64,000 nt of DNA, taken from an uncultured cyanobacterium (GTDB taxonomy: Bacteria > Cyanobacteriota > Cyanobacteriia > PCC-9006 > JAAUQQ01). A model generated the notes under the pieces. The model had not been told where the DNA came from and made no database searches. It saw only the letters and a list, made by a program, of their open reading frames with translations. Every line of letters starts with the position of its first letter. Positions within the stretch are counted from its first letter, which is position 1. Shown piece after piece: positions 40,303 to 50,079 of this stretch. The position numbers were made by a program, and so were the translations under genes. The DNA is taken from NCBI GenBank assembly GCA_963718615.1, contig OY970368.1, forward strand, positions 4,288,001 through 4,352,000, read 5' to 3'.

Positions 40303-42225
40303 TCAGTAATTCACTAATTTAACGCAGTTATGCCCCTGACGCTGGGCTTGGCTAAAGGCCTGTTCTGCCTTTTGCAGGATTGACATTCGTTCCTGCTCCG
40401 GCTGGGGAGTTGTACTTACGACACCAATACTTACGGTAATCACCTGGGCAGGCCAACCCAGATAGTTGGACGGATGGCGAATATCCAGCGCCTCCACCTG
40501 TTCTCGGATCTGATGGGCCAGGACCAAGGCTTGGTCAATTGTGCTGTCGGTCAATAACACCCAAAACTGTTCTGTACTATTCAAGCCCACACAACCGGCT
40601 CCTCGGTCCTGGACGATCGCCTGAATGGTCTGCGCCACCTGCTGACGGCAGGCTTCGCCCTGGACTTGGCCATGGGCTTCGACATAAACATGGAAAAAGT
40701 CAATGCCACAGAGCAAGAGGGCGATCGCCTGTCGAGACGGCTGAGCCGCCTGCCAAGCCTGTTCAAGCACCCCCTCAAAGGCTGCGCGGTTCATGACCTG
40801 GGTGGTGGGGTCAAGCTGATGCGATCGCTGCAACCCCTGCACTTGCTCTTCCAGATATTCCACACGTTTTTCCAGTCGTTCTATCAGGCTAAGTACATCG
40901 GGGGACAGGGCATTGGGTGAAGTCCTGGGGGGCTGGGTTTGTTGCAAGAGGTTGGCAAAAAACCGTTGATACAAAGGGCAAGCTGCATAGGCTAATCCCC
41001 CTTGAATTTTGATCAGCCCTACACTTTCGAGGGCATCCGCCGCCTCTCCCTCCAGCGGTACCCCTGCGCCCTCCGCCCGAACCACAGCCTGAATCGCTGG
41101 AGCCAAATGGGGATGGGTTTGAATAAACGACCAGTAGGCCCGCAGATGGGTGCCATAGAGGCCATTGCTCAACTCTGCCTGTTGCAGAATCTCCTCAATC
41201 ATCATGGCTTCGGTGGCCATGTGGTAGAGGGCGATCGCCATCAAATAGGGATGTCCCCCAATTAACGCCATGAGCCGCTCGGCTTGATTTCCCTGGCTCC
41301 AGTCCACCCCATAGCGCTGACTGAGCTGTTGAACCTGAGGCAGCGTCAACTCGGGCAGTTGTAATTCTAACCCCGCCATTAAAGACGACAGTGCCAAAGC
41401 CGACGATGACGATAAATCAATGGCATGGGTAACCACGACGCGCAGTTTCTGCCAGCTTTCCAATCGCTGGGCTTCCTCGTGCCAGCCCCGTAACAAGGGC
41501 AAAAACTCCCAGGCAATGTGGGCATGGCGCAACAACACATCTAGTCCCTGAATCACCAAAACAATGGGATTACGGCAGACTTCTAGAATTTCTCGCTGGA
41601 GATAGAACGTACAGTTTAACGAGCTCCCCATCCCGGCATCCCACGGCAGATGGAGGGGGTCCTCCGCAAGCTCTAGCTGATAGCTGATGGTGGCACAGAA
41701 CCAGCGCAGAAACGTTTCTCCCGTTTCAAAAATCACCGGTTCCACCTGCTGAAGATTGAGCATGATGGTTTGGTAGCCAAACTTTTTGGCCTCCCCCATC
41801 AGACGATAGAGCAGTGAAGTTTGGCCCATCTTACGCGTCGCCCGAATCCGCAGCAGACAGCCCGGCTGGCGAATCGCCTTGGCAGCTTTCTGTTCCAGCG
41901 GGGGCCGCTCAATGTACAGATGAGAGTTGACCCCTAGGGGACCCGACGGAAACTCTGGTGCGTTGGCCTGGGCGACTTGGTCGGCATTGAGCAGGAGCTG
42001 GAGATTTTTCTTGGTGACACGGGCACCCAGGGCCTCCGAAAGTGCTTGCCACAGACGGGAGCCCACCTCCCGTACATAAACACTGGCATATCCGGAAGTT
42101 TGCGCAATTTCACTGTAGGTTCGCCCAGCCCAGGAATGCTCCAGGATGAGTTGCTCGATGGGCTCTAATGGACGCCTCAGAATTTGTTCTGCCGCCCCTC
42201 GGATATCATTACCAGGCATATCCAA
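40303..42225 (-). CDS. HTH + AAA-like (AAA_35) + degenerate GGDEF-domain protein
   Basis: N-terminal YSEIA...LWQALSEALG..VTKKN; YIERPPLE and GGHPYL; C-terminal LDPTT..NR, IDFFH and ITVSIGV. Confidence 0.8.
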   Translation of the reverse strand: MDMPGNDIRGAAEQILRRPLEPIEQLILEHSWAGRTYSEIAQTSGYASVYVREVGSRLWQALSEALGARVTKKNLQLLLNADQVAQANAPEFPSGPLGVNSHLYIERPPLEQKAAKAIRQPGCLLRIRATRKMGQTSLLYRLMGEAKKFGYQTIMLNLQQVEPVIFETGETFLRWFCATISYQLELAEDPLHLPWDAGMGSSLNCTFYLQREILEVCRNPIVLVIQGLDVLLRHAHIAWEFLPLLRGWHEEAQRLESWQKLRVVVTHAIDLSSSSALALSSLMAGLELQLPELTLPQVQQLSQRYGVDWSQGNQAERLMALIGGHPYLMAIALYHMATEAMMIEEILQQAELSNGLYGTHLRAYWSFIQTHPHLAPAIQAVVRAEGAGVPLEGEAADALESVGLIKIQGGLAYAACPLYQRFFANLLQQTQPPRTSPNALSPDVLSLIERLEKRVEYLEEQVQGLQRSHQLDPTTQVMNRAAFEGVLEQAWQAAQPSRQAIALLLCGIDFFHVYVEAHGQVQGEACRQQVAQTIQAIVQDRGAGCVGLNSTEQFWVLLTDSTIDQALVLAHQIREQVEALDIRHPSNYLGWPAQVITVSIGVVSTTPQPEQERMSILQKAEQAFSQAQRQGHNCVKLVNY

Positions 42226-42462
42226 TTGCTACGTCTCCCTGAAACAGTAGAATTCGTCCATCCAATCCTTTAATCAAGGCTCAATCAAGGCTCAAAAACT
42301 GAATGGAAAGTTTGAGTCTAGAATCGAAGTACTAATCCTACGCATGTCCTGAGAGACTATGATCCCACGTTGAGAATTTCAATTGCCTAGAAAAATAGGG
42401 TATCCCCCTGTTGACAATTTTGATTTTCCAAAAGTGGAAAATCAGTCATTTTACGTAAGCCT

Positions 42463-44463
42463 ATGACCGCAGAACTCACCCTATTAATTGAACTGGTAAC
42501 GGTTCTAGGCACGGCTACGGTTGGCGGGTATTTGGCCAATCGATGGCGACAGCCAGTTCTCTTGGGCTATTTGCTGGGGGGAATGGTGGTTGGCCCCCAG
42601 GGGTTGGGTTGGGTAACGGGAAACGGCAATGTGGAGGTCCTGGCGGAAATTGGTGTAGTCCTGTTGCTCTTTACCCTGGGCGTTGAGTTTTCGCTAAAGG
42701 ATTTGCTGCGCCTCAAACGCATTGCCCTGGGCGGTGGCAGCTTGCAAATGGGCTTGACTATTCTGCTGGGCGGTGGGATCGCCTATGTCACGGGCTGGGT
42801 TGATACGGTGCCTACGGCGATTTTTCTGGGAGCGGTGCTGTCGCTGTCTTCGACGGCAGTGGTGCTCAAAAGTCTGATTGAGCGCAATGAGGTGCAGACG
42901 GCCCAGGGGCAGATCATGCTGGCAATACTGGTTGTTCAGGACCTGGGGCTGGGGGTGATGTTAGCCATTTTGCCGACCCTGAGTGATCCGCCCCAGGCGA
43001 TGGGTCAGGCACTGGCCCTGGCGATCTTGAAGGTGCTGCTGTTTTTGGGCGGGGCGATCGCCGCTGGCAAAGGGTTGATTCCGGTCCTGATTCGGCGCAT
43101 TGCCCAGCAAGGCTCCCAAGAACTATTTCTGCTGGCGATTTTGAGTTTGTGTTTGGGGATTGCCCTCTTGACCTCGGCGATCGGCCTCGGCATTGAGATG
43201 GGAGCCTTTGTGGCGGGGCTGATGGTTTCAAATGTTGACCAGGCAGACCATGCCCTCGATCGGGTTCTGCCCATGCGGGATGTGTTTGCGACGCTGTTTT
43301 TTGCCTCAATTGGCCTCTTGATTGATCCAATTTTTCTCTGGGAGAACGGCTGGACGCTGCTGGGTTTGGTGATGATGACGCTGGTGGGCAAGGCGGTGAT
43401 TGTGACGGGCGTGGTTCGGGGGTTTGGCTATCCGCTCAAAACGGCGCTGACCGTGGGGACGGGAATTAACCAAATTGGGGAATTTTCCTTTGTTTTGGCT
43501 GGGGTCGCCCAGCTCAACGGCCTGTTCTCCGATGAACTCTATGGCCTGACGGTGGGCACCACCGCCGTAACGCTTTTAGTGACGCCGCTGTTGCTCAAGC
43601 TAACCCCTCCCCTGATCATGGGGTTAGAAGCCCAATCCTGGTTTCGGGCCTTGATGCCTAGCCCCGAACCAGATCTCATGGGTTTAGGGGCGTCGGAGTT
43701 GCGGGACCATGTGGTTGTGGCGGGATATGGGCGAGTGGGACAGACCCTGGTCCGTCTGCTGTATTTCCAGGGCTATTCGATCCTGGTGATCGACAATAAC
43801 GAGGCGACCTTACAGCAGTTACGCGATCGCCAGATTCCCTATCTCTACGGCGATTCGAGCAGCACTCTGATCCTCGAAAAAGCCCAGGTTCAACAAGCCA
43901 AAGCCCTAGCCATTACCCTCCCGGACCCGATGGCCACCCGCTTAACCCTCAACCGTGCCCTGGGGCTGGCTCCCGATTTAGATATTACGGTGCGCGCCCA
44001 TCTCGATCGCGAAATTGATACGCTCTACCAGCTCGGTGCCCAAGAAGTGGTGCAACCGGAGTTTGAAGCCGCCTTGGAAATGGGAGCCCATCTCTTAATC
44101 AATTTAGGGGAAACCGCCTATACGGTTCAGCAGGTGGTCAATCGCTATCGCAGCGATCGCTATCGCGATATTTTGCCCCAGCGCGCGGAGTACTGGGGAG
44201 CGGGAAACTTGGAGCAAGCGATCGAGGGGTTAGCCCATCACTGGTACGACCTAGAGTCCCACCATTCCCTCGTAGGCCGCAGCATTGCCGCAGCGAACAT
44301 TCGACGGCGGACCGGGGCGACGATCATGGCCATCGATCGGGGCAAGGTTCGGTTGCGGTATCCCTTGGGAACGACGGTGTTTGAGGGGGGCGATCGCCTC
44401 TTGGTGGTGGCCAGTCCCGCAGGGCAGCGGGCCTTTGTGGCGTTGCTGGAGACCTTGGGCTGA
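42463..44463 (+). CDS. CPA2-family cation:proton antiporter with TrkA-N/TrkA-C domains
   Basis: QPVLLGYL, LSSTAVV, QIGEFSF, VVAGYGRVG and an RCK C-terminus. Confidence 0.9.
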   Translation: MTAELTLLIELVTVLGTATVGGYLANRWRQPVLLGYLLGGMVVGPQGLGWVTGNGNVEVLAEIGVVLLLFTLGVEFSLKDLLRLKRIALGGGSLQMGLTILLGGGIAYVTGWVDTVPTAIFLGAVLSLSSTAVVLKSLIERNEVQTAQGQIMLAILVVQDLGLGVMLAILPTLSDPPQAMGQALALAILKVLLFLGGAIAAGKGLIPVLIRRIAQQGSQELFLLAILSLCLGIALLTSAIGLGIEMGAFVAGLMVSNVDQADHALDRVLPMRDVFATLFFASIGLLIDPIFLWENGWTLLGLVMMTLVGKAVIVTGVVRGFGYPLKTALTVGTGINQIGEFSFVLAGVAQLNGLFSDELYGLTVGTTAVTLLVTPLLLKLTPPLIMGLEAQSWFRALMPSPEPDLMGLGASELRDHVVVAGYGRVGQTLVRLLYFQGYSILVIDNNEATLQQLRDRQIPYLYGDSSSTLILEKAQVQQAKALAITLPDPMATRLTLNRALGLAPDLDITVRAHLDREIDTLYQLGAQEVVQPEFEAALEMGAHLLINLGETAYTVQQVVNRYRSDRYRDILPQRAEYWGAGNLEQAIEGLAHHWYDLESHHSLVGRSIAAANIRRRTGATIMAIDRGKVRLRYPLGTTVFEGGDRLLVVASPAGQRAFVALLETLG

Positions 44464-44551
44464 CTCGCTGACCGGACTCTCACCCCTTGCGGGCCAATTT
44501 TGTAGTACGTGTAGTATATTAAGGGGGAGCTGAGTTGCGGTCTGCCGGGTC

Positions 44552-46384
44552 ATGGTTTTGTTGAAGGATTTTTTGAATTATTTTCGGGACTATCGCGCTC
44601 TGATGGTCCTAAGCATTATCAGCAGTAGTCTCTTTGAAAGCGTTGATTTGGTGGTGCCCTACGCCATCGGGCAGATGCTCAATAGTTTGTCGGGCGATCC
44701 GCTAGATGTCGGGGTGCAATGGGGGGTTGGCTGGGGCCAAGCCCTGGTGGCACGCCTGACGGGCCAAACGCTATCCCCCCAATGGGTGGCCTTGGGGTTG
44801 CTCTTAGGACTGGTTTTTGGGGTGACCGTGGTGCGGGCTCCGATTCAGGCTTGGGCCTCTAACTGGATGCATTGGGCGATCGCCCTACGGGCCAGACGGG
44901 ATAATTCCGAAAAGGTTCTGCGCCAAATTCTGACGCTGCCCCTGGAATTTTACGACGAAAATAATCCCGGTCGGATCGCCAGCCGTGTTGCGCGGGGCAT
45001 CGAAAATCACACCTGGAGTTATCCCGAAGCCACGGGGCAAATCCTGCCCAAATTGGCGCGGGTGCTGGTGATTTTTGTGATGATTTTGTGGATTGATTGG
45101 CGGATTGCGATCGCCTTCTTCATTTCCTTTGTGGTGATTTTGGGGTTTAGTTTGCGCAAACTGCAAACCCTCATGGGTCAGGAAAAGCTCCTAGAAACCT
45201 ACTCAGAAAATACAGCCAGTCGCACCTCTGAAATCATTACCAATATCAAAACCGTCAAGGCCTTTGCTACGGAATCACGGGAGTTGCGTCGTCAACGGAC
45301 CCGCATGGATCGGGAGCTATTCATGGTGCTCTATCGCATTCATTGGGGCTATATTCAGCTCGGCTCCTGGCAACGCACGGGGGTTCAGTGCTGCGTCTTT
45401 GGGGTGTTGGCGATGACGCTGGTGACGACGTTGCAAGGCCAAATTTCCCTGGGGCATTTTGTCACAACGCTGACAGTGTCGAGCATGGCCTATGCCGAGC
45501 TAGAACCCCTGAGTGTGTTGGCAGAACTGTTTGCACGGCGCTATGCGGCGATCGATCGCTACCACGAGTTTATGCGCCAACCGGCAGGTCCGGACGCGCG
45601 CTATCTGAAGCTCGAAGGCGAGATTCCGGCCTATCAATTCACCGGCAAAATCGAGTTTTCCCAAATGAGTTTTGGCTACAACCCAGAACGTCCGATCTTG
45701 CAATCGATTAATTTGCTCATCCATCCCTATCAAACTGTGGCGTTGGTGGGGCGATCGGGGTCGGGAAAATCCACGTTGGTGAAGCTCTTATTTCGCTATT
45801 TTGACCCGAGCAGTGGCTGTATTCGTATCGATGGTCAAGATATTCGTCAGTTGGATATTACGGGCTATCGGCGACGGCTGGCGATTGTTCACCAAGAGGT
45901 GGATCTATTTAACGGGACATTGCTCGAAAACCTCACCTATGGCAATCCCCAAGCCAGCCTTGCCCAGGTTCAAGCCGCCTGCGAGATCGCCCAGGTCGAG
46001 CCCTTTTTGCGAGACCTACCCCAGGGCTATCAAACCGTGGTGGGAGAGCGAGGAATGCGGCTTTCGGGGGGACAACGGCAACGCCTGGGGATTGCGCGGG
46101 CGCTCTTGGTAAATCCCGATGTTTTGGTTTTAGATGAAGCAACGTCTAGCTTGGATTATGAATCCGAGCGAGCGATTCAACTGGCCCTGCGATCGATCTA
46201 TGGCACCCGCACCACCCTGGTCATTGCCCACCGGCTAAGTACCGTGCGTGAAGCCGATCAGATCGTCGTCCTGGACCAAGGGCAAATCGTCGAAGTGGGA
46301 AGTCATGAACAACTTCTATCCCATCGGGGAATTTATCACCGGCTCCACTGGCTGCAAGAAACGGGGGAATTGTTAACGGAGTGA
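44552..46384 (+). CDS. ABC exporter, fused permease/ATP-binding protein
   Basis: TM domain, GRSGSGKS, LSGGQRQR, LVLDEATS and IAHRLST. Confidence 0.93.
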   Translation: MVLLKDFLNYFRDYRALMVLSIISSSLFESVDLVVPYAIGQMLNSLSGDPLDVGVQWGVGWGQALVARLTGQTLSPQWVALGLLLGLVFGVTVVRAPIQAWASNWMHWAIALRARRDNSEKVLRQILTLPLEFYDENNPGRIASRVARGIENHTWSYPEATGQILPKLARVLVIFVMILWIDWRIAIAFFISFVVILGFSLRKLQTLMGQEKLLETYSENTASRTSEIITNIKTVKAFATESRELRRQRTRMDRELFMVLYRIHWGYIQLGSWQRTGVQCCVFGVLAMTLVTTLQGQISLGHFVTTLTVSSMAYAELEPLSVLAELFARRYAAIDRYHEFMRQPAGPDARYLKLEGEIPAYQFTGKIEFSQMSFGYNPERPILQSINLLIHPYQTVALVGRSGSGKSTLVKLLFRYFDPSSGCIRIDGQDIRQLDITGYRRRLAIVHQEVDLFNGTLLENLTYGNPQASLAQVQAACEIAQVEPFLRDLPQGYQTVVGERGMRLSGGQRQRLGIARALLVNPDVLVLDEATSSLDYESERAIQLALRSIYGTRTTLVIAHRLSTVREADQIVVLDQGQIVEVGSHEQLLSHRGIYHRLHWLQETGELLTE

Positions 46385-46563
46385 AGAAACGTAACGCTTT
46401 TGGCCTTTTTCAGTAAAGATACTCGTCTAGTTTGAAGTTCCCTTTAGAACCCGGTGGAAGCCGTATAGATCTGAATTAAGGTATGAGTCAAGTCAAGGGT
46501 GACTCATTCGTTGAACCCTTCGTTGAAACAAAACGAAAGTATCAAATAAAAGGATCAAGAAAT

Positions 46564-46704
46564 ATGAACATAACCCTGATGGAACCGGAACTGCTCAATA
46601 GCATTAGTGTTACGCTCCTGATTGCCGCTAGCTTAACCCTGTTGGGGCCAGTGTTTTACTGGCTTTTGACGGCTGGGCGCGGTTTCAATACTCGCCATGG
46701 CTAA
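46564..46704 (+). CDS. Putative small single-TM protein
   Basis: 46-aa ORF with one hydrophobic helix and a purine-rich upstream region; no recognised family. Confidence 0.4.
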   Translation: MNITLMEPELLNSISVTLLIAASLTLLGPVFYWLLTAGRGFNTRHG

Positions 46705-46865
46705 AGGGCCTCGATCAATGCCTTCGTGCCACGCCAGATGATTGAAAAGCAAAGCAACTGCAACACTTTGGAATGGTTTGTAATTATCTAATTCTCGTCT
46801 ACGGGTTAGGATCCTTTCGGACGCTGAAAATAGAAGATTTTCTGACGGATTGAGGGAGTTCCTCC

Positions 46866-47240
46866 ATGGTGAGAAGTTTACTAGCAATCTTTGCAGGCTA
46901 TTTATTGATTGCCGTTGGTGTGGTGAGCTTATTTGCCCTGGTTTCCCTAGAAACTGCGGCAACCTCTGGGTTTATGGCGATCGCCCTCGCCTGTAACCTC
47001 GCCTTTGCCACTGCTGGAGGCTATGTGACCGCCCTGCTAGCGGGCCAAAGCCCCTTTGTCCATGGTCTTGGGCTGATGGGATTGGCCAGCGGGATGTGGA
47101 TTGTCTCGGCGACTTCCAGTGCATCGAGCTACGAGTCCCTTGGCTTTCAATTGCTGAATTGGGGCATGATGGCGCTGGGGGTCCTGACCGGGGCCTACTG
47201 GCGATCGCACCAGCAGCGCTTATCCACCGACAAGCGTTGA
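46866..47240 (+). CDS. Hypothetical 4-TM membrane protein
   Basis: Four hydrophobic segments and a GGYVTA motif; GAGGGAG Shine-Dalgarno. Confidence 0.7.
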   Translation: MVRSLLAIFAGYLLIAVGVVSLFALVSLETAATSGFMAIALACNLAFATAGGYVTALLAGQSPFVHGLGLMGLASGMWIVSATSSASSYESLGFQLLNWGMMALGVLTGAYWRSHQQRLSTDKR

Positions 47241-48350
47241 ACTCCCGGTTGAATTCCCCTTTGTACTCCCGGTTGAACTCCCCTTTGTACTCCCGGTTGA
47301 ACTTTCCTTTGAACTTCCCTTTGGGCTACCATGGGACCCCAGCAAGACCTCAGAGGCTTGTCGCAGCAGTTCACGGCTGTCAAACTCTTCATCCTCGTCT
47401 TCATCGCCGAGCACATGGACATCCCGGAGGTAGGTCAGTCGATAGTCCCGTAGGGCCATGTTTTGGGCTTCAAACCAAGTCCAATGGGGGTCTGCCAAGA
47501 GTTCGCCAATGCCCTGGAACTGGTTCATAAGGCCCGATTGGGCGGTTAGTTTGAAAACTTCGCGGGCGATGACTTTGCAGCAAGCCTCGGGCTGAGTCAT
47601 AACTTGGGCTTCGCTAAAGCGGATCACAATCCAGCCCTTTTCTAAAAAGAAATCGTTGCGATCGCCATCGCTCTGGTCCCCTAAACAATGGATCGGTCGC
47701 CGCGTCGTAGAGATATAGGGCTCGTCGATTTCGAGATTAATATGCAGGTGGGTTACCCGGTCAATGTAGGCAAATTCCGGCACATAAATATCCTGACAGC
47801 CCGAGTGAGAAAGGGCCGCTTTGGTGACAATTTTCCCCGGAAAGTACTTGTCTAAATACAGTTGAAAAAAGGCTTCTGCGGCCTCCCGTCGTTGTCCGCG
47901 CGAAGAGAGATCACAGCCAATTTCTAAGTCATAGCCAACGGCGGTTTGGAGGGCGGCGAGAGCCAATAGCTGTTGATATTCGGCGATGCTGTCGGGATCG
48001 AGCAAGGATTCGCAGTAGCGCAGGTGTGCGGCTTGTTTGAGACGATAATTATCTAGCTCTTGGTAGTAGCGATCCATCTGCTGGCGAAAGCGACGACGGC
48101 GTTTGAGGTGTTGTTGTCGCAGCAGGAGGCTATGGATGAGGGCGATCGCCCCCCCGGCCAGTCCGACATAGCCTAGAAACCCCAATGCTAAGCCACTCAA
48201 TCCCAGTTCCAGCAGCACTATCCAGCCATAGATAGCTCGTGGCTTGGTGGGGGGAGTGGGTTCGAGTCCCTGAAAGGGGGGGATAGGAGGGCGTTGATTC
48301 CAGGCTAGCGTCAACGCTGGGGGATAAAAAATGATGGGATAAGTAGACAT
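47220..48350 (-). CDS. Membrane-anchored DUF559/Vsr-like PD-(D/E)xK nuclease-fold protein
   Basis: TM segment and coiled coil, then YVPEFAY...LEIDEPY...IH...RNDFFLEKGWIVIRFSE. Confidence 0.7.
   Translation of the reverse strand: MSTYPIIFYPPALTLAWNQRPPIPPFQGLEPTPPTKPRAIYGWIVLLELGLSGLALGFLGYVGLAGGAIALIHSLLLRQQHLKRRRRFRQQMDRYYQELDNYRLKQAAHLRYCESLLDPDSIAEYQQLLALAALQTAVGYDLEIGCDLSSRGQRREAAEAFFQLYLDKYFPGKIVTKAALSHSGCQDIYVPEFAYIDRVTHLHINLEIDEPYISTTRRPIHCLGDQSDGDRNDFFLEKGWIVIRFSEAQVMTQPEACCKVIAREVFKLTAQSGLMNQFQGIGELLADPHWTWFEAQNMALRDYRLTYLRDVHVLGDEDEDEEFDSRELLRQASEVLLGSHGSPKGSSKESSTGSTKGSSTGSTKGNSTGSSTLVGG
47236..47323 (+). repeat. 12/24-bp tandem repeat
   Basis: Units such as GTTGAACTCCCCTTTGTACTCCCG, about 3.5 copies, encoding the STGSTKGS tail of the minus-strand ORF. 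Confidence 0.85.
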
Positions 48351-48653
48351 GGCTTCCCTGATGCAAGTCTCTGTTCCTTCAGCATTCCCGAATATTTAGC
48401 GATCGCTTGACCCCTGGGTCAGCCGTTTGGCGGAATCTAGGCGTGGGTTTGAGGCGATAAAGGGGGGAATCAATGCAGCAGTTCATATTTATGCGCGTTT
48501 ACGTGAGGTTACTACATCAATTGGCTCTTTAAGTAGATAGGGTCCGTGCTTGACTTAGCACAATGGGTAGAGGTCTTCAGTCGTCTAACGCTCTAGGGTG
48601 CAAGTAGAGCAGTTGCTCAATGACTTCATGAAATAATTCAACAAATAACGACC

Positions 48654-49127
48654 ATGCTGAACCCTCACCAAAATTCGATCCTGCCGAGACTCGGTCTGTT
48701 TACACTGACGACGGTGTCGATCGCCCTACTAACCTCACGACCTAGCCAAGCTCAAAGCTGCCAACCTTTGCCTGTGGTAGCGGGAGAAGGAACAGAAGTT
48801 GAAAAGTCAATTTCGGCCCCTAGTATCGGTGTTTACAGAAACAATTGGGATACAGATTTCTCGGCAGAGAATGCAACTGCCAGCCAATATTTAGCCAATA
48901 TTACGGCCCAGGATGGCGGCGAATATAGTATCGAAATGTATCTCAAATATGCGGATGGTTCCGCTGATGAAATCTATAATCAAAGTGTGGGGTTTGAGCC
49001 CGGTGAGTCGCTAAATATTAGCGGTGTACCTCGCCTGGATGAACAGCCCTATCAAGTGAATCTTTCGGTGGGTGGCCTGACGGCGGTGGGGAATCACTAC
49101 AACGCGACCGTTTCAGCCTGTCCCTGA
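48654..49127 (+). CDS. Secreted hypothetical protein
   Basis: Signal peptide ending SQAQ; paired Cys near both termini; NNWDTDF motif. Confidence 0.7.
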   Translation: MLNPHQNSILPRLGLFTLTTVSIALLTSRPSQAQSCQPLPVVAGEGTEVEKSISAPSIGVYRNNWDTDFSAENATASQYLANITAQDGGEYSIEMYLKYADGSADEIYNQSVGFEPGESLNISGVPRLDEQPYQVNLSVGGLTAVGNHYNATVSACP

Positions 49128-49264
49128 ATCCTTTTGGCTAACGTCTTTTTCAAGCCAGCCTGACATTGTAGGGCTGAAGCTCTAACCCGAGACGGAGCCT
49201 GCCTGGGTCTAACTTGCCTAGGGTAAAGACAAATGCACCTTCTGACTGTCGAGATTAGCTTGCT

Positions 49265-49969
49265 ATGAACACTCAAATTTTGTTTCGCCTTGGTGTTGCT
49301 GCGAGCCTGATGAGCAGCTTTGCCCTAGGGGGTAGGGCGATCGCCCAAACATCGGTTGATACTAACCGTCCCGAGGACAATACCGAAATGCCGATGATGG
49401 ATTCAGCTCCGGAGACAATGGAGGGAAACATGATGCCGGACTCCACGACGCCAGACTCCATGACGCAGGACTCCATGACGCCAGAGCCCATGACGCCGGA
49501 AAGCAGTGCCGCACCAGGGTCTTCAAGTATTTCCTCTCTGGCTGCCTCTAGCCAATCCCTCTCCACCTTGACTCAAGCGCTGCAAGCCGCCAGCCTTGTA
49601 GAGACACTGAATGGCAGTGGTCCCTACACTGTTTTTGCGCCGACGAATGAAGCCTTCGCGGAACTGCCTACGGGTGCGTTGGATTTCCTACTTCGTCCTG
49701 AAAACAAAGATCTGCTTCAGCAGGTGTTGAGATACCACGTTGTGCCCGGTGAAGTCATGGCAGCGGACCTGTCCACGGGGGGCATTAGTTCCCTGGCGGG
49801 TGGAATTGCGGTGCGGGTGACGGACGATCGCGTCATCATCAATAATGGTAGCGTCGTGCAGCCAGATATTGAAGCTAGCAATGGTGTCGTCCATGTGGTC
49901 AACCGGGTTTTGATTCCCAGCGCTGTCCGGGATCAGCTTTTGGCGCAACTAGCCCAACTCAGTCAATAG
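49265..49969 (+). CDS. Fasciclin (FAS1) domain protein
   Basis: TVFAPTNEAF, LRYHVV and ASNGVVHVVNRVL; signal peptide; Met-rich 15-bp repeat linker. Confidence 0.93.
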   Translation: MNTQILFRLGVAASLMSSFALGGRAIAQTSVDTNRPEDNTEMPMMDSAPETMEGNMMPDSTTPDSMTQDSMTPEPMTPESSAAPGSSSISSLAASSQSLSTLTQALQAASLVETLNGSGPYTVFAPTNEAFAELPTGALDFLLRPENKDLLQQVLRYHVVPGEVMAADLSTGGISSLAGGIAVRVTDDRVIINNGSVVQPDIEASNGVVHVVNRVLIPSAVRDQLLAQLAQLSQ

Positions 49970-50079
49970 GTCCTAGGGCAGGTCCTGGGGCAAGTCCTAG
50001 CGTAAGTCTTTGTGTAACGCTGAAACATCATCCTAAAATGAAGTGATTCTGTTTTTCGTTTAGGGTGAATGGTAACGCT

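Noticed and set aside
47236-47323. Repeat array considered as a possible CRISPR
   Set aside because: Units are contiguous 12/24-mers with no unique spacers, and no cas genes are nearby.
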